DNA of 55,792 nucleotides. Source: a virus. Lineage: Duplodnaviria; Caudoviricetes. The stretch covers positions 1 through 55,792 of the IMG/VR virus record IMGVR_UViG_3300027373_000207, one strand, 5' to 3'. The notes beneath the pieces are model-generated. The model was given only the letters and a program-made list of their open reading frames with translations. It made no database searches and was not told the DNA's origin. Shown one piece after another: positions 47,711 through 55,792 of the stretch. Positions within the stretch are counted from its first letter, which is position 1. The number at the start of each line of letters is the position of its first letter. The translations under genes were made by a program, and so were the position numbers.

Positions 47711-47926
47711 ATGGGGCGTTACAATGTAGAATTTAAAGCATTTAAAACAGGAGAGTGGTACACTAAAACGTCAACCGATAACATTGGAAGTGCATACTCT
47801 GTGGCAGATTGTAACAGCTATGGACGAGCATATAGAGTGACGGATACAGATACAGGTAGTATTTTAAAAGAAGCAGACGAAGATGCAGGAATGAAAGAAT
47901 ATATGACGGATCCAAAAAAAATTTAA
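47711..47926 (+). CDS. Small hypothetical protein
   Basis: AAAGGAG RBS; 71-aa ORF. Confidence 0.55.
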   Translation: MGRYNVEFKAFKTGEWYTKTSTDNIGSAYSVADCNSYGRAYRVTDTDTGSILKEADEDAGMKEYMTDPKKI

Positions 47927-48032
47927 GAGTCAGAATAAAATTATATTCACATATTATAAATCAAAATGTCGATTTATTGTTGTGATTATAAGCATCCCAT
48001 AATATAACAAATCTAAATTTTGGAGGTGACTT

Positions 48033-48134
48033 ATGGAAGGTAATAAAAGAATACATTTTCTTACTCCAAAGCCTCCGAAAAGAGAAAAGAAGGTTGAAAT
48101 CTATTGTCGTGTCAGTTCGAACAGTGCAGATTAG
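48033..48134 (+). pseudogene. Serine recombinase N-terminal relic
   Basis: GGAGGTG RBS; MEGNKRIHFLTPKPPKREKKVEIYCRVSSNSAD*, with TAG where the usual Q falls. Confidence 0.75.
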
Positions 48135-48264
48135 CTGAAAAATTGAAAGATTAGTGAAAGCAATAGCTTATTTCAAATACATATATACTTGATTTAAGTG
48201 AATGCTACCGAAGGACCGCTTTGTTGCGATACTCACAGGTTGTTTTTTGGGAGGAAGAGGATAA

Positions 48265-49458
48265 ATGTTTGAAGAGCTAAAAGAAACAGCAAAGATTTCA
48301 TATGATAATAAGGATTATGAAAAGGCTCTTGAATTATATGAAGAGCTAAAAAATCTTGATGAAGATAAATTTGAGAAGCAGTGCATATTTGCATATATGT
48401 GGTGTTTATTTCGAGTTAAAATTAACTCAGAAGAAGCATTCAATGATAATAATGTAAATGAAACCAGGTTAATCGTTAAATATATATTGGATCATCAGAG
48501 TAATAAAGACTTGCTCTTCCAGTTAACTGTTTTCAGGGTTCTAAAAGATTTTGAAAGAAGACAAAATTTTGATGCAAAAAAGGTTAATCTCTGGGTAGAT
48601 AAGCTCGATCCCAGTTCTCTATCTGAAGATACCCATACCTCAGAATATGATGGAAAGCAAGTTGAGTTTATGTCAAATAAGGAAAAGTGGTATACACTGA
48701 AAAGTAAATCATGTGAAAAGCTTGAAATATATGACGAATGCATACGTATCTCAAAGGAAGCACTTGATAGTATCAATAATCTACATAACAATAATGATAT
48801 TTGGTTTAAAAGAAGGATTGCCATCTCGATGGCAAAACTGGGGCAGCAAGATGAAGCAATAAATACTATAGGGGACATTCTCAAAATAAAGAAAGATTGG
48901 TTTTTATATCAAGATATGGGGGATATTTATTTAGCACAAAGTAATTACAAAGTTGCTTTAGAGAATTACTTAAATGCGATATTGGCTCCTGGCGACGATA
49001 ACATGAAGATAAAATTATTCTGGCAAACGGGGAATGCTCTTATAAATTTAGGTGATGCAGAAGGAGAGACTTTATTAAAGTCTTATTCGATAAAGATAAG
49101 AACTGAGCATGAATGGAAGCTTAACGCAGAAGAAAAGGATTTTTCTATACGATGCAAAGAATATATTGAGTCAAGTGAGGCTAGAGTGTTAAAAAGAAAA
49201 ATAAACGAGCTAGCCCAAAAATACAAATGGCAAGATTCTATAAAGCTGGAAGGTACTATATCAAAAATTTTACCCGATGGTAAGGCAGGATTTATTCGAA
49301 CAAGTGATAGTTCTTTCTATTTTAGGATGAATCAAATCAGAAGTCGTGGTGTAAATGCTCAGATTGGTTCAAAGGTAAGTTTCTATCTAGAAAAAGGGTT
49401 TGACAAGAAGAAAGGGTTAGAAACCGATAATGCAGTTAATATAAGTTTTCTTGAGTAG
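48265..49458 (+). CDS. TPR-repeat protein with a C-terminal cold-shock (OB) domain
   Basis: Helical TPR-like repeats; C-terminal GTI..I...GKAGFI...SFYF...G.KVSF...D.KK....NAVNI. Confidence 0.75.
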   Translation: MFEELKETAKISYDNKDYEKALELYEELKNLDEDKFEKQCIFAYMWCLFRVKINSEEAFNDNNVNETRLIVKYILDHQSNKDLLFQLTVFRVLKDFERRQNFDAKKVNLWVDKLDPSSLSEDTHTSEYDGKQVEFMSNKEKWYTLKSKSCEKLEIYDECIRISKEALDSINNLHNNNDIWFKRRIAISMAKLGQQDEAINTIGDILKIKKDWFLYQDMGDIYLAQSNYKVALENYLNAILAPGDDNMKIKLFWQTGNALINLGDAEGETLLKSYSIKIRTEHEWKLNAEEKDFSIRCKEYIESSEARVLKRKINELAQKYKWQDSIKLEGTISKILPDGKAGFIRTSDSSFYFRMNQIRSRGVNAQIGSKVSFYLEKGFDKKKGLETDNAVNISFLE

Positions 49459-49466
49459 GTGCGCAT

Positions 49467-50897
49467 ATGTTAAGTTTGAAAAACATACCTATTGATTTTA
49501 ACACAGTAGCAGAAAAGTTGGATAATTTTTCTAATGCTAAAGGTCTTACCATGGTAATAGAGACAAAAAATGGGTTTGTCGAGCTTAAGTTTTATAGCAG
49601 TATGCCCCCAGGTTTGTTAAGACTGTATAATACAAAAAAAGGCCTTACGATTGATGGTAGCACTGGTAAAAATCCAGACCTTAATAAGGAATTAATGGAA
49701 TTTATCAATGAAATAATTGCGGTTAAAAAAAATGATGAGCAAAGAATAACTTTCAAAAATGTTTCAAAGGATGATTTTGAAGGAATTATAAAGCGAATCA
49801 GTCTTTTTTCTGATGGAGAAAGGTCATATCAGATAGAGGACAAGGCAGTGAAAAATACACTCGAAGAAAAGCACTTGATTATAAAAGATATTAAATCAAA
49901 AGAAGAACTGAATCTCAAGTATTACACGAATGGGACGTTATATATATATGGATTTATGTGGGACCTTGGTGAAGAAATCGCCAACATTGCTCATAAGGTC
50001 TTGGGAAGGCAGAGACAAACACATGTCGATTATTTAAATGAAATTATCCATGCTTGCAATGAAAAATATATAACTTTCAATGTTGAAGAATGTATAGAGT
50101 GCGATAATCCATGCAATGGAAACTGTAGCAGTTTCTTACAAGACATCCATTACGGAGAAAAGAAAAGATATTCATGTGAAAAAGTAATTAACTATTATCT
50201 GCCCAAATATGCATACAGATATGCTTTTGAGATAGAACAGTTACTTAAGTTACATATTGATCAAATCAGAAACTTTGATAGTCTTAATATATTGTCAATA
50301 GGGTGTGGGCCTTGTACGGAACTGCTGGGAATAACAAATCTAAGTAGTATGATTAAGAAGCCTATCTCATACAACGGTATTGATCTAAATGAAAAATGGG
50401 AAAAAGTTCATTCGATAATTAAAGAGAAGTTATCGAAAAGAGTTACATTAAAATACCATTACAAAGATATTTTTGATTTTCTTAGTAGCATTACTCCGAT
50501 GAAAAAAGTGATTCAATCAAATATACTTATTTTTCAATATGTAATTTCCGATATTATAAAGTATAAATCTACTGAGGAAGTGCACTCTTTTATGCAGAGC
50601 CTATTTGGTGAGGTGGTTGAGTATTTGCCGAAGAATGCAATAATTATATTTAATGATATAAACCACAAGCAGAAAGCACGAGATACTTTTGATTTCTTTG
50701 CATCGTTGCTACCAGAGAATAAATATAAAATCCATAAATATTACTTTAAAGGAAAGACAGAAGAAGAATATTTTATTTACGGAGAAGAGATAAAAGAAAC
50801 CGAAGTCCCATATTGGATTCCAGATTACATAGAAAACAAATACAATCCCTGGTGTATTTGTAAAAGTGCGGCTTTGGTAATTGGAAAGGTAGAATAG
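49467..50897 (+). CDS. RnlA-like N-terminal domains fused to a class I SAM-methyltransferase-like domain
   Basis: LKNIPID...LRLYNTKKGLTIDGSTGKNPDLNKEL (RnlA-NTD-like, from memory); ILSIGCGP, GID, FQYVISD. Confidence 0.6.
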   Translation: MLSLKNIPIDFNTVAEKLDNFSNAKGLTMVIETKNGFVELKFYSSMPPGLLRLYNTKKGLTIDGSTGKNPDLNKELMEFINEIIAVKKNDEQRITFKNVSKDDFEGIIKRISLFSDGERSYQIEDKAVKNTLEEKHLIIKDIKSKEELNLKYYTNGTLYIYGFMWDLGEEIANIAHKVLGRQRQTHVDYLNEIIHACNEKYITFNVEECIECDNPCNGNCSSFLQDIHYGEKKRYSCEKVINYYLPKYAYRYAFEIEQLLKLHIDQIRNFDSLNILSIGCGPCTELLGITNLSSMIKKPISYNGIDLNEKWEKVHSIIKEKLSKRVTLKYHYKDIFDFLSSITPMKKVIQSNILIFQYVISDIIKYKSTEEVHSFMQSLFGEVVEYLPKNAIIIFNDINHKQKARDTFDFFASLLPENKYKIHKYYFKGKTEEEYFIYGEEIKETEVPYWIPDYIENKYNPWCICKSAALVIGKVE

Positions 50898-50898
50898 A

Positions 50899-51837
50899 AT
50901 GATATTGAGTGTTAGCAGAAGAACAGATATACCGGCATTTTATTCGGATTGGTTTATTAAACGACTGAAAGAAGGCTACGTTTGTGTTAGAAATCCTATG
51001 TATCCAAAACAGGTGAGTCGAATAGAATTGAATCCAGATACAGTAGATTGCATCGTATTTTGGACCAAAAATCCAAAAGCGATGCTGTCAAAACTCGATG
51101 CTCTGAGTGAATATGAATTCTATTTTCAATATACGCTTAATCCTTATGGTAAAGATATTGAGACTAATTTGCCTTTAATTGAAGATAGAATCCAGACATT
51201 TATTGATTTATCTGAACAAATAGGCAAGGAACGTGTCATATGGAGATATGATCCTATATTAATTACTAACGAAATTGGACTGCAGTATCATATCGAAATG
51301 TTCGATAAAATAGCAAGTGCATTAAAAAACCATACAACTTCAGTAGTTATAAGTATCCTGGACAATTACCGGAAAATAAGAAAAAGAATGAAAGCAATAA
51401 ATAGTCTCGACATTACTCCATCAGAGATAGAACAAATAGCAGTTACCTTCAAAAAATTATCATATATTTATGGATTAAGGATTTCAAGTTGTGCAGAGGA
51501 TATAGACTTAAGACCCTTCGGCATCAATCCGGGTAAGTGCATTGACGATCAATTAATATCAAAATTATTAGGGCAGGAGATTACAATTCCAAAAGACAAG
51601 AACCAAAGAGGGGTATGTAGTTGTGTTGAAAGTATAGAGGTTGGGATGTATAATACATGCTTACATAACTGCAAATATTGTTATGCTAATTATGATGAAG
51701 AAACTGTGGCAGAACGATATCATCAGCACGATGTTAATTCACCATTTCTATACGGGAATGCTTCCAGTGACGATAAAATAACTGAAAGAAAATTTAAAAT
51801 TTATAAATCAGAAACTAGCCAAATGACTCTCTTCTGA
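50899..51837 (+). CDS. DUF1848 family (radical-SAM/SPL-like Fe-S) protein
   Basis: MILSVSRRTDIPAFY, FWTKNP, WRYDPI, CID, YNTCLHNCKYCYAN. Confidence 0.88.
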   Translation: MILSVSRRTDIPAFYSDWFIKRLKEGYVCVRNPMYPKQVSRIELNPDTVDCIVFWTKNPKAMLSKLDALSEYEFYFQYTLNPYGKDIETNLPLIEDRIQTFIDLSEQIGKERVIWRYDPILITNEIGLQYHIEMFDKIASALKNHTTSVVISILDNYRKIRKRMKAINSLDITPSEIEQIAVTFKKLSYIYGLRISSCAEDIDLRPFGINPGKCIDDQLISKLLGQEITIPKDKNQRGVCSCVESIEVGMYNTCLHNCKYCYANYDEETVAERYHQHDVNSPFLYGNASSDDKITERKFKIYKSETSQMTLF

Positions 51838-51850
51838 TAATTCATGAATG

Positions 51851-52095
51851 TAGACATCAATATGAACGGTTTGAGCCATTTTACATATGGAAAAACATCC
51901 ATATTGACCACTCGAGATATTGTATGAAATATTCCCTTGAACGGGCATATTTAGTTGACATATTCCCGCGAACGTGCAAAGTATGTAAAACAGCGTTGAC
52001 GTATTTCCTTCGACGGATATATGCTAAACTACAGTCTAGACATCAAAATGAACGGTTCGTTCCATGTGGAGACGTGCGTACTTTTGTCCCACAAG
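51851..52095 (+). repeat. Cluster of degenerate attachment half-sites resembling the rlmD/rumA 3' end
   Basis: 29-bp direct repeat at 51851/52037; three ~25-bp copies at 51923, 51954 (VDIFPRT) and 51995 (VDVFPST); HVETCVLLSHK coded at 52063. Confidence 0.7.
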
Positions 52096-53711
52096 AAATC
52101 ACAAGCATCTTCACCGTCTTTATAAACAGGGAAATTAAACAAAATAGACTTTAGGGGCAGCTCAGCCTCGTCACATGGAAAAATCTCTATTTCTTTGATT
52201 AACGAAGATATTAGGGATTTTTTCTCTTCATCGCTGATTTTGTCGTACACCTTGTCGAAGTTTGCTAACAGGGTATAGATGTTTTCCAAAGTAATTGCAT
52301 CCTGCTCTACGGCTTTGCGGCGCAGCAGAACATCTTCAATTTTCTCTTCAAGCTCTACGATAATGTCATATAGTCCATCAAGCCTGAGGGTCATATCATG
52401 GATTTTACGCTCTCTGAAACGAGTATCCTCAGGCAGGCTGTCGATTTCATTTTCAAGCCGAGTTTTATTCAATTCTGTCTCTTTTAGTTTGGATTCGTAA
52501 TTTTTCAGCTCCCTGTTCAAGGTGGAGGTATCAATTTCTTTCCCAATCCTTGATTTAATTTCTCCTGCAAAATCCTGATTTTGAATCAGCTCTCGGATCG
52601 CTTCAATGACTAACGGCTCGATGTCGGTTTTCTTGAGCATGGTTGTATACTCGCAGGTTTTTCCTCTGGCTGCACGAGCTTTGCTGCACACATAATAATA
52701 AACCTCTTTATAGGTACCATCTTTGTTCGTCCATGCGTGCTTGTTGGTATACATTGGGCCACCGCATTTAGGACACTTTAAAATACCGCTTAACAAATGC
52801 GCTCTGTCCCGACCTATTTTGGAAGGTGACTTAACGCCTGTCAGCTCTCTTCTTTCATGTGCAGCATTCCACAGCTCTTCGCTTATAATTGCTTCATGTT
52901 GACCTTCGGCTATGATGTAATCTTCCTGCGGGACTTGCTTATATTCATTCTTACTCCCTTTTACTTTTTCACGGACACGCCTGCCATAAGAGATTTTGCC
53001 GCAGTATACAGGATTATCAATAATCATCCTGATAAAATGTGTTCCCCAGAGTGAAAGGGTGCCGTTATTTCGCTGTACTTTCTGAATACCTTGCAGGTTG
53101 AGGTAATTGGCGATTTTATGAAATCCCATATTTCCATTCAGATATTTATCAAAGATAATGCGTACAGCTTCAGCCTCATCTTCTTGAATAAAAAGCTGTT
53201 TGTCTTTGAGGAAGTAACCGTAAGGAGCAAAACCACCGTTCCAGCCGCCCTGACGAGCTTTTTCCTTTCGTCCGTTCATTGTCTGCTCGATGATATTTTC
53301 ACGCTCTATTTCAGCAACGGCAGATAGAACGGAAATCAAAAGCTTTCCGCTTGTTTGCGATGAATCAATGCCTTCCTCAATACAGATTAAATTCACGCCA
53401 AAAGCTTGAATATGCTCCAAGGAGTTCAGAATATCAGCTGCATTTCTGCCAAAGCGAGACAGCTTGTACACCAATATATAATCAATCTCTAAACCATTTT
53501 CAATATCAAGCAGCATTTGCTTAAAGGCAGGTCTGCCCTCGATGGATTTACCGGATTTACCGGCATCTTCGTAGATGTTTACAATCTCCATTTCTTCTCT
53601 ATCAGCAAAACGCCTTAAGTTGCTTTTCTGCCCATCCAAGCTGAAACCATCTACTTGCATTTCAGTGCTGACACGGGGATAAAGCACACATTTTTTTCCA
53701 CTCCTATTCAT
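52029..53711 (-). CDS. Large serine recombinase (integrase)
   Basis: YPRVST catalytic Ser, KLSRFGR, recombinase domain, CPKC...C zinc ribbon, coiled coil. Confidence 0.95.
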   Translation of the reverse strand: MNRSGKKCVLYPRVSTEMQVDGFSLDGQKSNLRRFADREEMEIVNIYEDAGKSGKSIEGRPAFKQMLLDIENGLEIDYILVYKLSRFGRNAADILNSLEHIQAFGVNLICIEEGIDSSQTSGKLLISVLSAVAEIERENIIEQTMNGRKEKARQGGWNGGFAPYGYFLKDKQLFIQEDEAEAVRIIFDKYLNGNMGFHKIANYLNLQGIQKVQRNNGTLSLWGTHFIRMIIDNPVYCGKISYGRRVREKVKGSKNEYKQVPQEDYIIAEGQHEAIISEELWNAAHERRELTGVKSPSKIGRDRAHLLSGILKCPKCGGPMYTNKHAWTNKDGTYKEVYYYVCSKARAARGKTCEYTTMLKKTDIEPLVIEAIRELIQNQDFAGEIKSRIGKEIDTSTLNRELKNYESKLKETELNKTRLENEIDSLPEDTRFRERKIHDMTLRLDGLYDIIVELEEKIEDVLLRRKAVEQDAITLENIYTLLANFDKVYDKISDEEKKSLISSLIKEIEIFPCDEAELPLKSILFNFPVYKDGEDACDFLWDKSTHVSTWNEPFILMSRL

Positions 53712-53764
53712 AATCATACCTCCAATATAATATTGGAAAATATCTATATCTCAAATACAGCCAT

Positions 53765-53932
53765 TTACTCAACACGGTTTATTTCATCCAGCACATCGGC
53801 ACCATGCTTTTCTATAATCTGCGAAAGCACCTTTATAAAATCCTGAAATGATTTTGATGTCCTTGCTGCATACAGTTCTTGAGGCAGGGCAACTTCGACC
53901 GTGGTTTCGGGTAAGCTTTTGATATTTTCCAT
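53765..53932 (-). CDS. 55-aa protein upstream of the recombinase (possible directionality factor; missing from the ORF track)
   Basis: MENIKSLPETT...FIKVLSQIIEKHGADVLDEINRVE*; GGAGGTG RBS. Confidence 0.65.
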   Translation of the reverse strand: MENIKSLPETTVEVALPQELYAARTSKSFQDFIKVLSQIIEKHGADVLDEINRVE

Positions 53933-54069
53933 TTACAATCACCTCCAAGTGAGGTGCTTATTTTGATTATAAGCACTTATTATCTTTTTGAGAAGTTTGT
54001 CGCTTCAGCAATAGAAGCACACCACAAATTGCACTGTGTAGAAATATGGTGTGCCTTGTCTTTATGTTC

Positions 54070-54404
54070 ATGTGCCTTATTTGCCACGCACCCCGGCAAG
54101 GGGGATATTTTGAGCTGTCATTGGCTTGACATCATAGCCCCGCAATACTGATCAGCCTTGTCCCTTCAAGAGGCCGCAAATATCGCAGGAACTCCCCCTC
54201 AAGTCTGTGGGAGGTCGTGAGAAAGTATCATTATTCCTGATGTGTGTCGTCGCATCAACCGTGCCAATGGTTGGTCTAATGGCTGCATTTATCGCTCCGA
54301 CTGTGCAATGCACTGTCATCATGGCGCTGCCCATTATGTCGCTTTGCCTTTCAGCCACATAGGATTTGTACTCAAAATACCGTATATTTAATTGTCAAAG
54401 AACA
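54070..54404 (-). ncRNA. Candidate long structured RNA/leader with a boxA-like 5' end
   Basis: TGTTCTTTGACAA; long-range helix 54331-54340/54128-54137; internal hairpins; no convincing ORF. Confidence 0.55.
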
Positions 54405-54792
54405 AAAAATCATATGACGCTAAACTCGTCTTACTAATCAGGACAAAAAACGGGTGAAAGTAAGGGGTGTAAAAGAAACTTTTTAAAAATATTTAAAAAA
54501 TTTCTGTTCAGGGGATTGTGTAGCGGACGAATATTTAGGCACAACAAAAAACACCTGCAACTCTTGGAAAAAATGCAAGTACTTAAGGTGCTGGAATTTA
54601 TCTCAAACATGAATTAAATCGTATCGATGAGCTATTTCAAGGCAAACAAGCGTTGATTTTGCTCTCGATTTTCATATAAATATTTCATAATTTTGCTGGC
54701 ACGAATGTAGTATCGCCAATAAAATGTTACTTATTGTATGTTGACTCATTGTATTCAAAGTATTAAAATAAATGTTGAGGTGAATATGCGTT

Positions 54793-55020
54793 ATGGATAT
54801 TGTGAAAGTCTTTGCAAGTAATGTAAAAAAATATAGAAATAGAATAGGCATATCTCAGGAATCTTTTGCAGAGAAAGCTGGACTGCATAGAACGTATATT
54901 AGTGCCTTGGAATGCGAGAAGAGAAGTATTTCACTAGATAATGTACAAAAAATTGCGGATGCTTTAGGTGTAGAAACATATTTGTTATTTATTGAAGATA
55001 ATAAAGATAATAAGGGATAA
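54793..55020 (+). CDS. XRE-family HTH regulator (C-protein-like)
   Basis: GISQESFAEKAGLHRTYISALE...ISL.N..KIA.AL. Confidence 0.9.
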   Translation: MDIVKVFASNVKKYRNRIGISQESFAEKAGLHRTYISALECEKRSISLDNVQKIADALGVETYLLFIEDNKDNKG

Positions 55021-55039
55021 TTTGAAAGGGGGTGCATGC

Positions 55040-55792
55040 ATGAATCGGACACATTATTATAATTATATAGAAACAAAGCTTGGGGAACTTGCATATCGTA
55101 TAAATATTCGTGGAAAAATAAACATACTTGATTTGAATATTCACTCTGAAACATTTTTTGCCGATTTATGCAACGTGCTATTAAACCTCCATTTGACTAA
55201 TATAAATGAGCTTAGACAAAATGTTGAAAGTATAGATCTTTTGGATGATGAAAACAAAGTTATTGTTCAAGTATCTGCGACATGTACGAAGCAAAAGATT
55301 GAAGACTCTTTAAGCAAAGAGATTCTAGCTTCTTATTCAGGGTACAGGTATAAATTTATTGCTATTTCGAAAGATGCTTCAACACTAAGGGGAACAAGCT
55401 TTAAAAATCCATACAATATATTATTTGAGCCAGCAACTGATATTATTGATAATGCTTCAATACTCCGGTCTATCATCAATAAAGAAATTGTAAAACAGAA
55501 AGAAATTTATGAATTAGTCAAGAATGAACTAGGAAATGAAATTGATATAGTTAAAGTCGATACCAATTTAGCTACCATTATTAATATTTTGGCTGCTGAG
55601 AACTTATCTGAGAATATTGATTCGCCTGAAATAAACGTGTTCGAAATTGATAAGAAGATAGAGTTTAATGATTTGACTGGTGTTAAGTGTACTATTGACG
55701 ACTATAAAATTTACTATCATAAAATTGATGAGAAGTACTCGGAATTTGATAAAGAAGGATCTAACAAGAGTTTTTCGGTTTGTTTATTGTAA
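55040..55792 (+). CDS. SMEK-domain protein (ABC-three-component / Lamassu-associated effector-like); possibly truncated
   Basis: LDLNIHSETFF, SIDLLD, IVQVSAT..KQKIE motifs. Confidence 0.65.
   Translation: MNRTHYYNYIETKLGELAYRINIRGKINILDLNIHSETFFADLCNVLLNLHLTNINELRQNVESIDLLDDENKVIVQVSATCTKQKIEDSLSKEILASYSGYRYKFIAISKDASTLRGTSFKNPYNILFEPATDIIDNASILRSIINKEIVKQKEIYELVKNELGNEIDIVKVDTNLATIINILAAENLSENIDSPEINVFEIDKKIEFNDLTGVKCTIDDYKIYYHKIDEKYSEFDKEGSNKSFSVCLL

Larger units (their letters stand above)
33363..51837 (+). mobile_element. Defence-gene cargo island attached to the prophage end
   Basis: Plus-strand run of RM, McrBC, macro and orphan genes with internal relics and a compositional shift. 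Confidence 0.7.
52063..55792. mobile_element. Left end of a second integrative element (serine-recombinase type)
   Basis: att-like site inside the recombinase 3' end, followed by recombinase, small gene, leader and cargo. Confidence 0.65.

Noticed and set aside
51851-52065. CRISPR array or mini-array
   Set aside because: Repeats are degenerate, irregularly spaced with 6-16 bp gaps, have no cas genes nearby, and are better explained as rlmD-like att relics
51924-52154. 76-aa ORF as an rlmD gene
   Set aside because: Only the VDIFPRT heptapeptide matches and HVETCVLLS is in another frame; treated as non-coding scar
54070-54404. Group II intron
   Set aside because: No recognisable domain V/VI or RT ORF in the window
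1-55792. tRNA, rRNA or IS transposase genes
   Set aside because: None recognised by eye; tRNAscan-SE and ISEScan would be needed to exclude them

Overview
A composite mobile region from a low-GC Gram-positive bacterium (Bacillota, probably Clostridia). (1) 1-~33.2 kb is a siphovirus-like prophage encoded on the minus strand. Read right to left it carries a peptidase-HTH regulator, an ECF-like sigma factor, a replication module (DUF2800 nuclease, DUF2815 SSB, NUMOD4-HNH, family A DNA polymerase, D5 primase-helicase, VRR-NUC, SNF2 helicase), an ArpU/RinA-like late activator, HNH/cos, a ParB-MTase, terminases, an HK97-type head, and tail and fibre genes. Lysis and integrase genes are not in the window and presumably lie to the left. 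(2) ~33.3-51.8 kb is a plus-strand defence-like island: HTH, three consecutive DNA methyltransferase/RM genes, mcrBC, a Macro-HTH / RlmJ-like / vWA / truncated ADP-ribosylglycohydrolase cluster, a nuclease-like gene, a recombinase relic, and an AT-rich three-gene operon (TPR-cold-shock, RnlA-N-terminal-like domain fused to a SAM-MTase fold, DUF1848). (3) 51.85-52.1 kb is a stack of degenerate attachment half-sites resembling the 3' end of rlmD (rumA). (4) 52.06 kb to the end is a second element with a large serine recombinase, a candidate long structured ncRNA with a boxA-like site, an XRE regulator and a SMEK-domain protein. All family calls come from reading motifs by eye; no database searches were run.
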